A DNA stretch of 64,000 bases from Nanobdellota archaeon (GTDB lineage Archaea > EX4484-52 > LFW-46). Made by a program: the position numbers and the translations under genes. The notes under the pieces were generated by a model, which saw nothing but the letters and a program-made list of their open reading frames with translations, did no database searches and had not been told where the DNA came from. Position 1 is the stretch's first letter; the number at the start of each line of letters is the position of its first letter. Positions 1 through 9,993 of the stretch are shown one piece after another. The stretch lies in NCBI GenBank assembly GCA_018897155.1, contig JAHILE010000029.1, positions 117 through 64,116 of the forward strand, written 5' to 3'.

Positions 1-56
1 ATCATTTAGTTGAAAGTGTACTTAAGGTGGTGGAGATTTTTGATATGTGTGAGCAG

Positions 57-1397
57 TTATTGGGGGAGATACCTCATCGCTTTCAGCATTTCAATAACAG
101 AGTAAGAGGCGCGTGTCACACCCATGCTCCTCATATCTGTGTCAGTTCCAACCACATACATATTTTTTATCGGCGTTCTTACTTCAGGGAATTTTATATT
201 CGTGGATATCGCCGCTTTTTCAGGGATTAGTATTTGAGTATGCCTCATTTCTACATGATCTTCTATTCCTGGAATTGCAGAATATATTGTTTCAAGAAGG
301 TGTTTCTCATGTTTTATCGGATCCTCATCAGGGTGTAGAAATGCGCTGAATCCTATCAGCTGTTTTCCGGCCGGTGCAAGATGCGGGTCATATCCTGTTG
401 TTGGCATTGCCCAATAGGGCGCTCCGCTGGAAAACCACAATTCTGAGCCGCGATAATTCATCGTATTAATCGGATTTTTGAGGCCCAGCCATATTGTCAT
501 TGCTTTTGATTGCTTCAGTTTTTTTGCAGATGCCGCCCATTCGTTTGGCATGTCTGTAAGCTTCGGCAGGTTTTTTACCTCTCCGGAATAGATTATTGTA
601 TCGCATGAATATTCTTCTTTTTTTGTTTCAACTCTAAAACCGTTATTTTTCTCAGTTAGTTTTACAACTTCTTCATTTGTTTTCACACCAACATTTTTCG
701 TAAATGATTGAAGCACACAATTAGTTATTGTCTGTATTCCACCAAGGGGATAGCCTTGTTCATGGTAGCTTTTGTTTACCGCAAGCTTGAAAAAATCAGA
801 TATTTTTTCAGTTATCTTTCTGTCGCCGTCATTAACAAGCCCGCCGGCGCTTAATATGCGCCATGCTGGAGTTTCTTTCATTGAAATGCCGCTTGAGAAA
901 TACGAAAGTGCATCAATGAGCCGCAGGCTTGCATCGCTTAATCCTTCGTCTTTGACGAAATCGTAAGCAGATATGTCGCTTTTTTCAACTACGCTTAGGT
1001 GTGTTATTGCCTTAAGAACTGTTTTTGTAAGCTTTGCTCGATCTGATTTTGAAATGGCTTTGAAGTTCATGAATCCTTTTATGGTGTTTGGGAAACGCAC
1101 GAAACCTTCAGGATAACGCACATAATAATCACCATGAGGCACAAATTTTGGGGCGGAATTAAAGTATGCATCCATTAGTTTTACGAGCGGGCCGCCATCC
1201 AGCCCGGTTATCGCATGCACGCCGGTGTCGACAAAAAAACCCGTGTCCTGGACTTCATAAGTCCTGCAGTTTCCGCCAACAACACCGGATTTTTCAAGCA
1301 GAAGAACTTTTTTTCCTTCTTTTCCGAGAGCAAGCGCTGACAGAAGGCCGGAAATTCCCGCGCCGACAACAATTATATCATATGATTTTTCTGACAT
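57..1397 (-). CDS. FAD-dependent oxidoreductase, phytoene dehydrogenase-like
   Basis: N-terminal GAGISG Rossmann motif, GGNCRT and DTGVH (DxGxH) motifs, GYPLGG; 446 aa. Confidence 0.85.
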   Translation of the reverse strand: MSEKSYDIIVVGAGISGLLSALALGKEGKKVLLLEKSGVVGGNCRTYEVQDTGFFVDTGVHAITGLDGGPLVKLMDAYFNSAPKFVPHGDYYVRYPEGFVRFPNTIKGFMNFKAISKSDRAKLTKTVLKAITHLSVVEKSDISAYDFVKDEGLSDASLRLIDALSYFSSGISMKETPAWRILSAGGLVNDGDRKITEKISDFFKLAVNKSYHEQGYPLGGIQTITNCVLQSFTKNVGVKTNEEVVKLTEKNNGFRVETKKEEYSCDTIIYSGEVKNLPKLTDMPNEWAASAKKLKQSKAMTIWLGLKNPINTMNYRGSELWFSSGAPYWAMPTTGYDPHLAPAGKQLIGFSAFLHPDEDPIKHEKHLLETIYSAIPGIEDHVEMRHTQILIPEKAAISTNIKFPEVRTPIKNMYVVGTDTDMRSMGVTRASYSVIEMLKAMRYLPQ

Positions 1398-1409
1398 GTG
1401 TTTGCACCA

Positions 1410-1810
1410 TTAATCACTGATTTTATTTAAAGATTTTGCGAGTGAAAAAAAATACTGGGCGAGGTCCGTTTCCGAGCACAATCGTTCTGATTCCTCAGTT
1501 AGTATGGTCTCTATTTTCTGTTCTTCGGGCGTTATTTGCTGCGTAGGCGTTTGATTGATGTATATTTTTGAATGAATGTGCATAGTTCATGTAATGCAAT
1601 GATCTGTTTCATTTCCGGGCATTTTGAGTTTATGTACATACTAAATAGTTCTGTATGTCCATTTATGGGAACCAAGCGCCCAAGAGCATTCATGTGGCAC
1701 TGATAAATATTATTTATATTTTCCCGAAGTATGCGTTCTACGTCATTCTTTTCCATCGGATTATTTCGTAAATACTCATTCAGAGTCTCCGGCGTGTGCA
1801 CCGTATTCAC
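1410..1810 (-). pseudogene. Hypothetical protein, probably frameshifted near 1560
   Basis: ORF 1532..1810 stops early. A second frame from ~1562 reads INQTPTQQITPEEQKIETILTEESERLC...NKISD* to 1410; removing a TA duplication joins the frames. Confidence 0.4.
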
Positions 1811-4683
1811 CTATGAAATAGTTCTTTTAAATTATCAAACAGTTTTACGTCAAACTTTCCTTGCTTCACTTCGGCGCCACCGCCTTTTGCGCCAAGGCTT
1901 TTCAGCTTTTCGAATTCTGCATCGTTTCCCTTAAAAACAAAAATTCCTGATTTGTTCACAAGCAGGACCTTGTCAAGCCGTTCTGCAATATTGCGCATTG
2001 TTTGGGCGTCAAAATCAACAAGCTTCACATCGCCTGATTTTATCAGCTTTGCTTTTACTTCCGCAATTTTTTGCGCCAGATATTCAATGTCTTTGCGTTC
2101 TTCTTTCCAGCGCGCAAATAACTCGCGCGAGAAGTCTTCAGGATTTTTGCGTTTGATGCCTTTTGCAAATTCCTGGAGATCCACATATTTTTTTCCCGCT
2201 TCATATTTTATGTTTTCTTTTGAAAGATTTTCGCGAAGCTCATTTATTTTTGATTTTTGGATTGCGTATTCTTCCGCAAAGCGCATAAGCGTTTCAAGGA
2301 CTTTCTCCCTTGGCACAGAAAATATTTGCGCGATTTTCTCAATATCTTTTTCATTCACTTTAATCTGCGGGGAGAGGCTTTCAAAGAATGCATTTAATTC
2401 CTGCAATTCTTTTTGCGCGCCTATTTCGTATTTTTTTGCGGCATTTCCTGCCGCGAATTCGATGCGCACAACGCCGTCCTGTATCTTGCTTGAGCCGATT
2501 ATTTTTATGATTTCGGCTTCTTTTGTGTTTTTCAGATGCGTTCCTCCGCAGGCTTCGACATCAACGCCTTCGATTATTATCGCGCGCAGGCGCTTTCCCG
2601 GAACTGCGCCGCCCTGATACAATCTAAAACCGTATTTCTTTTCCGCATCGGTTCTTGGAAGCAGCATGCTTTGGACCGGAATCGCGTCTTTTACAATCTT
2701 GTTTGCAATCGCCTCAATTTTTTTGATTTCATTGCTGTCAAGAGAATCATAATGAGTTATGTCCAGCCTTCCTTTATCAAGAGTTTTTTCCGCACCCGCC
2801 TGCCAGATGTGGCTGCCAAGTATAATTCTAGCCGCGCCGTTTATGATGTGTGCGGATGTGTGGTGCTGAGCAAGCTGCAGTCTTCTTGATTTTTCAATAT
2901 CGCACTTTACTGTTTCGCCTTCTTTAAACGAACTTGCCGGAGCTTTTAGTTCATGGATTATGACATTTCCTTGCTTAAAAACATCTGCGATTTCAATTCC
3001 ATTTATTTTCCCCATGTCGTGCATCTGCCCGCCAGATGTCGGATAGAACGCGGTTTTGTCAAGGACAATATATTTGCCTTCAATTATTTTCAGTACTTTT
3101 GCATCGAAATTCAGCAGCGCGTAATTGTCAAAGTACAGAATATTTGTTTCAGGAATGCTGCTTAGGTTAAATGTTTTTGCCTTTTTTGTTTCCGCCTTTG
3201 CTGCAACCTTCTCATGCCTTTCCGCGACTTTTTTGTAGAAATCGTCAGGAATAGTTATTTTCAGGCCTGCAGATTTCAGCATTTCCGGGCTGATGCCGTT
3301 TGAGTCGTAAAGCTCGATCAGCTTGCTTTCGGTTGCGTCTTTTTCAGAAAGCCCTGAAACTATTTTTCGCGATTTTTCCTTTGTCTCGGCGTATTTTCTT
3401 TTTTCGACTTCAATTATCTTTTTTACTTCTTCAAGGTTTTCCAGAAGCTCGGGATATTGCGCTTTCAGGTATTTTGCATGCCATTCGCAGACATCGTTTA
3501 AGTCTACATTCCAGCCATACTTGTTTGAGATGTCAAGCGATCTTCTAAGAAGCACGCGCAGATTGTATCCGCCTCCGACATTAGATGGCAGAACTCCATC
3601 AGAAAGCGCGACAAGCAGCGATCTTGTATGGTCGCCGATTGAATAAATTCCTGCAAGAGGCATGATGTGCTCTTTTAATTGCTTTGCGTCAATGCCGATT
3701 TTCTTTGCGATTTGCGCCCATGTTTTTTCAATGTCTGCGACCTCATCGATATTCAGAAGGCCTGATAGCGGAAGGAATTTTTTGAATATCTCTTTATTCG
3801 GCGCGATTCCTGTCAGTTTGTAAAGCTTTTCTGAAACTGTCGGAAAAACAGTTTCATAGCTTGTGCTTGCGCCGTTTGTGAACCATGAGTATCTTTCCTG
3901 CCCGGTGCCCATGTCAAGTACTTTGATATTAAGGTCTTTCACAGCGCCGGATTTTACATCGTACTGCATATATACTTGATTTCCGAGTTCAAGCCCTCCT
4001 GAAAAAAATTCAATTGAAGGCCCCATATTCCCTCCGCCGGCCCAAGCATCCTCATGGAATTGCAAATGCTCTTTCGGAATTTTAACGCCTTCAGTCAGCC
4101 ACGTGTATATGTGGCGCAGATAATCATGCGGCGCGTAATCCTTTGGCTTCATGAACGCATGTTGCCCAATCATGACAAATCCGGAATAATGCCTTCCGGT
4201 AATGCCTACATTATCAATATCGTTAAATCGCAGGCAGAATTGCGGCACAACAAGCGGGTTTGCAGGAGGGTCTACTTCGCCTGACACTACATACGGCTGA
4301 AAATCATAAATCGATGCCTGAACAAAATCCGTGTCGTCCCGCCATCTTGCGGCAACCGGATATCGCGCAATCGGGGTGTAGCCGAACTTTTTGAATGTTG
4401 ATGCGAATTTCTGCCATGTTTCGACATAGTCCATTTTGGCTTTTGCAGGCGTGTTTCCGATAAATGTGTAGCCGCCGGAGCAATCAGGCTCGCCGCACAC
4501 TGTTCTTTCGGAGTCTGTCGACCAGAAGAATGTTCCGCATTTCGCGCATTTTTTTCTCCGGAAGCCTTCTGCTTTGAGCACAGCTACGGGATAGTATTTT
4601 TCAGGCTCTGCCTGGGCTTTTAGCTTGAAGGCGCGCTTCATTTCTAATTCCAGCGCTTTCTGCGGCGCGATTGGGACCGGCAT
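1807..4683 (-). CDS. alaS: Alanine--tRNA ligase (archaeal type)
   Basis: CxxC N-terminus, VAARWRDD, ASIYDFQP, DMGTGQER, editing motifs QHHTSAH and ACGGTH, C-terminal KGGG; start placed at ATG 4683 behind an AT-rich box. Confidence 0.97.
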   Translation of the reverse strand: MPVPIAPQKALELEMKRAFKLKAQAEPEKYYPVAVLKAEGFRRKKCAKCGTFFWSTDSERTVCGEPDCSGGYTFIGNTPAKAKMDYVETWQKFASTFKKFGYTPIARYPVAARWRDDTDFVQASIYDFQPYVVSGEVDPPANPLVVPQFCLRFNDIDNVGITGRHYSGFVMIGQHAFMKPKDYAPHDYLRHIYTWLTEGVKIPKEHLQFHEDAWAGGGNMGPSIEFFSGGLELGNQVYMQYDVKSGAVKDLNIKVLDMGTGQERYSWFTNGASTSYETVFPTVSEKLYKLTGIAPNKEIFKKFLPLSGLLNIDEVADIEKTWAQIAKKIGIDAKQLKEHIMPLAGIYSIGDHTRSLLVALSDGVLPSNVGGGYNLRVLLRRSLDISNKYGWNVDLNDVCEWHAKYLKAQYPELLENLEEVKKIIEVEKRKYAETKEKSRKIVSGLSEKDATESKLIELYDSNGISPEMLKSAGLKITIPDDFYKKVAERHEKVAAKAETKKAKTFNLSSIPETNILYFDNYALLNFDAKVLKIIEGKYIVLDKTAFYPTSGGQMHDMGKINGIEIADVFKQGNVIIHELKAPASSFKEGETVKCDIEKSRRLQLAQHHTSAHIINGAARIILGSHIWQAGAEKTLDKGRLDITHYDSLDSNEIKKIEAIANKIVKDAIPVQSMLLPRTDAEKKYGFRLYQGGAVPGKRLRAIIIEGVDVEACGGTHLKNTKEAEIIKIIGSSKIQDGVVRIEFAAGNAAKKYEIGAQKELQELNAFFESLSPQIKVNEKDIEKIAQIFSVPREKVLETLMRFAEEYAIQKSKINELRENLSKENIKYEAGKKYVDLQEFAKGIKRKNPEDFSRELFARWKEERKDIEYLAQKIAEVKAKLIKSGDVKLVDFDAQTMRNIAERLDKVLLVNKSGIFVFKGNDAEFEKLKSLGAKGGGAEVKQGKFDVKLFDNLKELFHR

Positions 4684-4727
4684 GCGATATGATTGGCGGG
4701 AAATTTTAATAAGCGTTGGTTTAATCA

Positions 4728-5099
4728 CTACCGCCAATCTTCAATCCAGAAATCAAGATATTCTTCACCTACGCCGTTTTTGGCACCATATTCTTTAACT
4801 TCTTGAAATTCCTTTGATGACCATTTTTTCTCTTGCGGAATTTTGAATACTTTATTTACGAAAGAAACATAAACGAATTTACCATTCCAAAAATGAGCAT
4901 ACCGCCCATATTTTAGTTCTTTAGAGATTTTTTTAGCTACTTCTTCAATGTTTTTATCATCTGTTTCGATTTTAAATAAGTGCCAAAAGCGAGCGTTTTT
5001 TGATTCCGGACGGTCTTCAACTTTAACGTAAATTTTTCTAAATTCATTAAGTAGGGTTGGAGTATTCAATGACTCTGATAAGATAAATCCCTTAAACAT
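4728..5099 (-). CDS. Hypothetical protein
   Basis: 123-aa ATG ORF with normal composition (WHLFK, YAHFW, YLDFW). Confidence 0.7.
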   Translation of the reverse strand: MFKGFILSESLNTPTLLNEFRKIYVKVEDRPESKNARFWHLFKIETDDKNIEEVAKKISKELKYGRYAHFWNGKFVYVSFVNKVFKIPQEKKWSSKEFQEVKEYGAKNGVGEEYLDFWIEDWR

Positions 5100-5273
5100 A
5101 CTGAAGAATTGTGGCTTGGAACTTAAAAACGTTCATTAGTTACTGAGTTATCTTTTTCAAGTATTTAGCAATATATAAACTTTCCCGCGAAAATCAAGAT
5201 ATGCAGAAAAATCAATCTGTACGAAAGAATAAATATAGTTCTTGTTCGAATATTATTGATGCTCTTTGGTGAA

Positions 5274-5354
5274 TTTATGAAATCATGGAAATTTTTTAAC
5301 GGAAATGCAATTTCCAAGCTTTCATTTCCAAAGTAAAAGGTGAATGAAATGAAA
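5274..5354 (+). repeat. Shared leader/translation-initiation element, copy 1
   Basis: TTTATGAAATCAT...GGAAATGC...TTTCCAAAG-TAAAA-GGTGAATGAAATGAAA; similar to 59408..59476 and 61243..61317. Confidence 0.75.
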
Positions 5355-6662
5355 TTTTACTCAGTAAGCGGCTATAATGAAGTCGGAAAAAACATGTCTG
5401 CTATTGAAGTGGGCGATGAAGTGATAATTCTTGACATGGGAATACACCTTGACAAGATTGTGACACTGACAGAGGAGGAGCGCAAAGTTCCGACAAAAGA
5501 GCTGATTGATATTGGCGCACTTCCAAATGATGAATGCCTCAAAGGAAAAAATGTCGTTGCGATAGTGCTTTCCCACGGGCATTTGGATCACTGCGCAGCT
5601 GTTCCGAGGATGGCTGAGCGCTACGGGTGCCCGATTGTTGGAACGCCGTTTACTCTTGCGATTATAAAAGGCCTTCTTGCAGATGATGGAAAAAGCGGCC
5701 TTGTGAAGAATTTGTGCCAGATAAACCACGGCGAAACAATGCGGATTTCAAAGAATTTTGCTGTTGAGATGGTACACATAACGCACAGCATCCCGCAGGC
5801 GTCAATGATAGCACTGCATACAAAAGAAGGAATAATAACATATGCCTGCGACTATAAGCTTGACAACAACCCCACATTTGGGCCCAAGCCGGATTATAAG
5901 CGCATAAAACAACTTGGCGCAGAAGGCGTGAAACTGCACATAAGCGAATGCCTGCGCGTGGCAGAAGAAGCTCGCACCCCTCCGGAATATGTTGCCAAAA
6001 TAATGGTTAATGATGCAATAGATCGTGCTTATGAGGACAATACCGCGGTTATCATAACGAGTTTTGCATCACACATAACACGGCTGCGCAATATAATCGA
6101 AGCAAATAACGGGCGTAGGGAAGTAATTATGCTTGGACGTTCGCTCGATTCGTACGTCAATGCCGCGAAAGAATGCAAGCTTATTGAGGCAGACGACATC
6201 AAGATTTATGGACGAAGAAAAACTATTGCAGCGGCGCTTGAAAAAGTGAAGAGTCATCCGGAAGACTTTCTACTTATTGCGACAGGAAATCAAGGAGAGC
6301 CGAATTCCGCGCTTTCAAGGCTTGCGAGAAAAGAGTTTCCATTTGCCTTGCGAAAGCAGGATCAGGTGATATTTTCTTCAGAAGCGATTCCGAATCCGAT
6401 AAATGAGGCGAACCGTTATATTCTAAAGCGCAATTTGTATGAGCAGGGCGCGCGGATAATGGAGCACGTTCACGTTTCAGGGCATGCGCGCAGGGAAGAC
6501 CACCGCGATATGTTGAAGATGCTTCAACCTCAGTATGTCATTCCGAACCACGGAGAAACAGAGCGGCTTGCGTCATTCGCATCCCTTGCAATGGAGGAGG
6601 GCTGGAAACTCGGCGACACTGTAAAGATAATGTCGAACGGGCAGAGCGTCGGGATAAAGTAG
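5349..6662 (+). CDS. rnj: Ribonuclease J (beta-CASP metallo-beta-lactamase)
   Basis: GYNEVGKNM, HGHLDH, HSIP, TGNQGEP, HVSGH and PNHGE motifs. Confidence 0.92.
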   Translation: MKFYSVSGYNEVGKNMSAIEVGDEVIILDMGIHLDKIVTLTEEERKVPTKELIDIGALPNDECLKGKNVVAIVLSHGHLDHCAAVPRMAERYGCPIVGTPFTLAIIKGLLADDGKSGLVKNLCQINHGETMRISKNFAVEMVHITHSIPQASMIALHTKEGIITYACDYKLDNNPTFGPKPDYKRIKQLGAEGVKLHISECLRVAEEARTPPEYVAKIMVNDAIDRAYEDNTAVIITSFASHITRLRNIIEANNGRREVIMLGRSLDSYVNAAKECKLIEADDIKIYGRRKTIAAALEKVKSHPEDFLLIATGNQGEPNSALSRLARKEFPFALRKQDQVIFSSEAIPNPINEANRYILKRNLYEQGARIMEHVHVSGHARREDHRDMLKMLQPQYVIPNHGETERLASFASLAMEEGWKLGDTVKIMSNGQSVGIK

Positions 6663-6663
6663 C

Positions 6664-7083
6664 CTAGAGATTGCCAAATTTCCAATTTTCAGGCAATTCG
6701 AAAGCCTCGTTTCCTGCGCCATAGAATTCAACAGCTTGTTTTATGTGGGGGACTAACGCATTTATAAAGCATTCTGACTTGATTGAAATGTATTTTTTAT
6801 ACAGCTCTTCCGGAATTTCTAGAAGTTTATAGGGAGTTTTTTGCGATGGGAATACGTTTAGCAAAACCGGTTTTTTCATATCAACTTTTAGAAATAACTC
6901 ACTTTGATTATTGACTGCTACAATGCCGTTTGGATTAATGCCGTTTTGATATGCATAATTTGGCATGAAATCAAGTATACTGAGGTATGCCTTTTTATCG
7001 CGTGTTATTGGCACTGCTAAAAGCTCAAAAGGACGGCTTTTTCCGATAGTGAAGCGGGAAGTTATGTTGGAATATCCTGTCAT
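6664..7083 (-). CDS. Hypothetical protein
   Basis: 139-aa ORF with a TATA-like box upstream. Confidence 0.6.
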   Translation of the reverse strand: MTGYSNITSRFTIGKSRPFELLAVPITRDKKAYLSILDFMPNYAYQNGINPNGIVAVNNQSELFLKVDMKKPVLLNVFPSQKTPYKLLEIPEELYKKYISIKSECFINALVPHIKQAVEFYGAGNEAFELPENWKFGNL

Positions 7084-7238
7084 ATATTCACAATTCCTAC
7101 TAAGTGATGAAAGTTTATATATGGAGTTTATTGAATGATTGGAAGGTTAATTTTTCAAATCATTATTTGCGCAGTTGTGCAATATTTTCAAATTTGGTTC
7201 TCATTAAATATATAATGTATGGACACTCATAGTATTTC

Positions 7239-8159
7239 ATGATTTCAGTTTTCAAAAAAACCATTCGTGATAAAGAGCTCCAGCAGATTGATGAGCCGAA
7301 AGTGGGCTCGTGGATTTCTCTTGTTGATCCTACTGAAGAAGAAATAAACAAGATTGTTGATGAGCTGGAGCTTGACCGCAAGAATCTTACTGATGCGCTT
7401 GACGAATACGAGCTTCCAAGAATAGAAAAAGAAGAAGGCGTAATGTATGTTCTTATAAAAACACCGATTGAAGAGCAAGATGCAATATACACAATTCCAA
7501 TAGGCATTGTCGTGACCAAAGATTACATCATAACAATAACAAAGAAAACGAATAGCGTTATAGAAAGCGTATTGTCAAAAAATAAGAACATCTGCACAAC
7601 ACAAAAAATCAATTTTATGATACATTTATTTCTTCTTGTGAGTGATAAGTACGATCAATATCTGAAAAAAATATCCAAGGATATCAAGCGCAGAAAAACA
7701 AAGATGGCGGATCTTTCAAATGAAGACATAATTAATATTATTAAGCAAGAGGAAGTGCTTAACGATTTCATTTCATCTTTTTTGCCAACTGTAAATATTT
7801 TCGAAAAGCTTTTGGGCGGAAAATATATTCCGCTTTATCAGAATGACAAAGACATTATAGAAGACGTCCTCATAAATTCCAGGCAGACGCTTGACCTTTG
7901 CAGGAGCAACATAAAGACAGCAACAAACATACGTGAGGCGTATTCTACAGTGCTTTCAAACAACCTGAACAAGACAATAAAGCTCCTCACTGTTTTTACA
8001 ATAATCCTTGCCATTCCGACAACAATCGCGAGCCTGTTCGGCATGAATGTATTGCTGCCGATGAAGGATAATCCGCACATGTTTTTGTACATCCTGTCTT
8101 TTGTGTTTGGAATAACGTTGCTATTGGTATATATTTTTTTCAGGAAAAAGTGGATATGA
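7239..8159 (+). CDS. CorA family divalent cation transporter
   Basis: DALDEYELPR, FGMN signature and two C-terminal TM helices. Confidence 0.92.
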   Translation: MISVFKKTIRDKELQQIDEPKVGSWISLVDPTEEEINKIVDELELDRKNLTDALDEYELPRIEKEEGVMYVLIKTPIEEQDAIYTIPIGIVVTKDYIITITKKTNSVIESVLSKNKNICTTQKINFMIHLFLLVSDKYDQYLKKISKDIKRRKTKMADLSNEDIINIIKQEEVLNDFISSFLPTVNIFEKLLGGKYIPLYQNDKDIIEDVLINSRQTLDLCRSNIKTATNIREAYSTVLSNNLNKTIKLLTVFTIILAIPTTIASLFGMNVLLPMKDNPHMFLYILSFVFGITLLLVYIFFRKKWI

Positions 8160-8181
8160 TTGGCGGATATGTTTTTCGGAT

Positions 8182-8748
8182 TCAGAAAGCATTTTCAAGA
8201 TGCTTCATCGCGCTTTCAAGAAACTTATTTGCGATTTTTATTCCTTCATCGGTCTTGATTTTACCCATCATCGCGCGCGTCTTTTCAATGCTTCTTGCCT
8301 TTGCTTCTGTTGGCGCAAGATTCTTTTTCTGCTCGTCAAAATATGATTTGTAGGTATCCTCAATGAAAATTATCCCGTCGGCATCCTGCAATATTCTCTG
8401 CTCCATTCCTTCAACAGGAGTGCCAAGAGGATGCGCTTTTATGGCTCCGAATATTTTGTCGCGCGTCCTTTTATCAAGCTTGAACTCTTCAAGAAATTGC
8501 TTAGCTATTTTCACGCTTTCTTTTGCGTGTTTTTCATCGCCTGCATCGGCGCCGATATCGTGCAGAAGCGCAGCCATGATAACCGTGAAAATATCCGCAT
8601 GATATATTTCCGCAAGGTGGCGCGCGTAATTCCTTGCGCCGAATACGTGCCTGAGGTATGCTTCTTCGGGCTGCCTTGTTTTCGGCACGCTGCACCTAAC
8701 AAAAGCTTCAGTTTCTCTGACTATTTTCTCCCTGTTTTCCATAGACAT
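8182..8748 (-). CDS. HD domain protein
   Basis: RH...AALLHDIG...HA...H...ILQDAD motifs; start uncertain. Confidence 0.85.
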   Translation of the reverse strand: MSMENREKIVRETEAFVRCSVPKTRQPEEAYLRHVFGARNYARHLAEIYHADIFTVIMAALLHDIGADAGDEKHAKESVKIAKQFLEEFKLDKRTRDKIFGAIKAHPLGTPVEGMEQRILQDADGIIFIEDTYKSYFDEQKKNLAPTEAKARSIEKTRAMMGKIKTDEGIKIANKFLESAMKHLENAF

Positions 8749-8832
8749 TAATGCGCGCGAAGTATGATAAAGGTATCTGCGTGTGTGTTGCATATGTGAT
8801 TTTTTGTACTCAATCCGAAACAAAACCAGAGC

Positions 8833-9918
8833 TTATAGCCATTTTCTCTTTCGAAAGTATGCCAGCATGGAAATTGTTATTGCAATCATTACAACCCAAA
8901 CCGCAGCATAGCCCCAATACCAGTTGAGTTCAGGCATATTGAATGGCGATGCGCCTGTGTTGAAATTCATCCCATAAACGCCTACAATGAATGTCAGCGG
9001 GATGAATATCGTCGCAATTATTGTGAGGATTTTCATAACTTCGTTCATCTTGTTGCTCATGGTTGAAAGGTATAGATCTATCATGCCGGAAAGCATGTCG
9101 CGGTAAGTTTCCACAGTATCGATTATGCGCACAGTATGATCGTAAAGGTCTCTCAAATAAATTCTTGTGGACGCGCTTATCAAGCGCGATTCACCTCTCA
9201 GAAGAATGCCGACCATATCCCTCAGCGGCCAGACTGACTTGCGCATAAAAAGCATTTCCCTTTTCAGCCGATGAATGTTATATAATGTTTCATGCTTTGG
9301 CTCTTTCATGAGCCGTTCTTCAAACACCTCGGTTTCATCACCCATCTTTTCCAATACTATAAAATAGTTATCAATAACGGCATCCATAAGGCTGTATGCC
9401 AGATAATCCGCCCCTGCTTTTCTTATATGCCCCGTTCCCGCACGAATCCGTTCGCGAAGCGAATCAAAAACATCCCCTTCCAGACCTTCCTGAAATGATA
9501 TGACAAAATTCTTTCCCAATATGATGCTGACCTGCTCAGAAGTTATCTTTTTTTCAGAATCGGTATACGACAGCATATTAAGCACAATGAAAATATGGCT
9601 GTCAAAGATCTCTGCTTTTGGCCGCTGCATTGCGCTCATTATATCTTCAAGAATTGTTGGGTGTATCTTGTAATGCTTGCCTATGGACTCGACGATATCC
9701 GGCCGGTGAATGCCGTCTATATTTATCCAGGTGATTGTGGTCTTCTCTTTGTACTTGAAGCAATCTTCTACATTTCTTACTTCCCTTTCCTGGAACTTTT
9801 TTTCATTGTAATAGAATACGGTGATTTTTACAGGAGCGTTGCTTTTGTCTCCAAGATATATGAGACTTCCCGGCATAAGGCCTGCTTTTTTTGACATTTT
9901 TTTTAGGATGCGCGACAA
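8833..9918 (-). CDS. corA: Magnesium/cobalt transporter CorA
   Basis: KAGLMPGSL N-terminus, YGMNF and MPELNW signatures. Confidence 0.95.
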   Translation of the reverse strand: MSRILKKMSKKAGLMPGSLIYLGDKSNAPVKITVFYYNEKKFQEREVRNVEDCFKYKEKTTITWINIDGIHRPDIVESIGKHYKIHPTILEDIMSAMQRPKAEIFDSHIFIVLNMLSYTDSEKKITSEQVSIILGKNFVISFQEGLEGDVFDSLRERIRAGTGHIRKAGADYLAYSLMDAVIDNYFIVLEKMGDETEVFEERLMKEPKHETLYNIHRLKREMLFMRKSVWPLRDMVGILLRGESRLISASTRIYLRDLYDHTVRIIDTVETYRDMLSGMIDLYLSTMSNKMNEVMKILTIIATIFIPLTFIVGVYGMNFNTGASPFNMPELNWYWGYAAVWVVMIAITISMLAYFRKRKWL

Positions 9919-9993
9919 ACAAACACCATAAATACTTGCTGATAGTTATTTTGTGTTCTGAGTATATATAATTCGAACGTTCCGCGGATGATT

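Noticed and set aside
1445-1530. Hammerhead- or SRP-like RNA (CTGAGGA...GAAA on the minus strand)
   Set aside because: The required stems do not form; the region reads better as the frameshifted tail of the 1532..1810 ORF
1952-2617. Long antisense ORFs such as 1952..2617, 10394..11065, 51617..52441 and 52999..53652
   Set aside because: They are shadows on the opposite strand of well-supported genes
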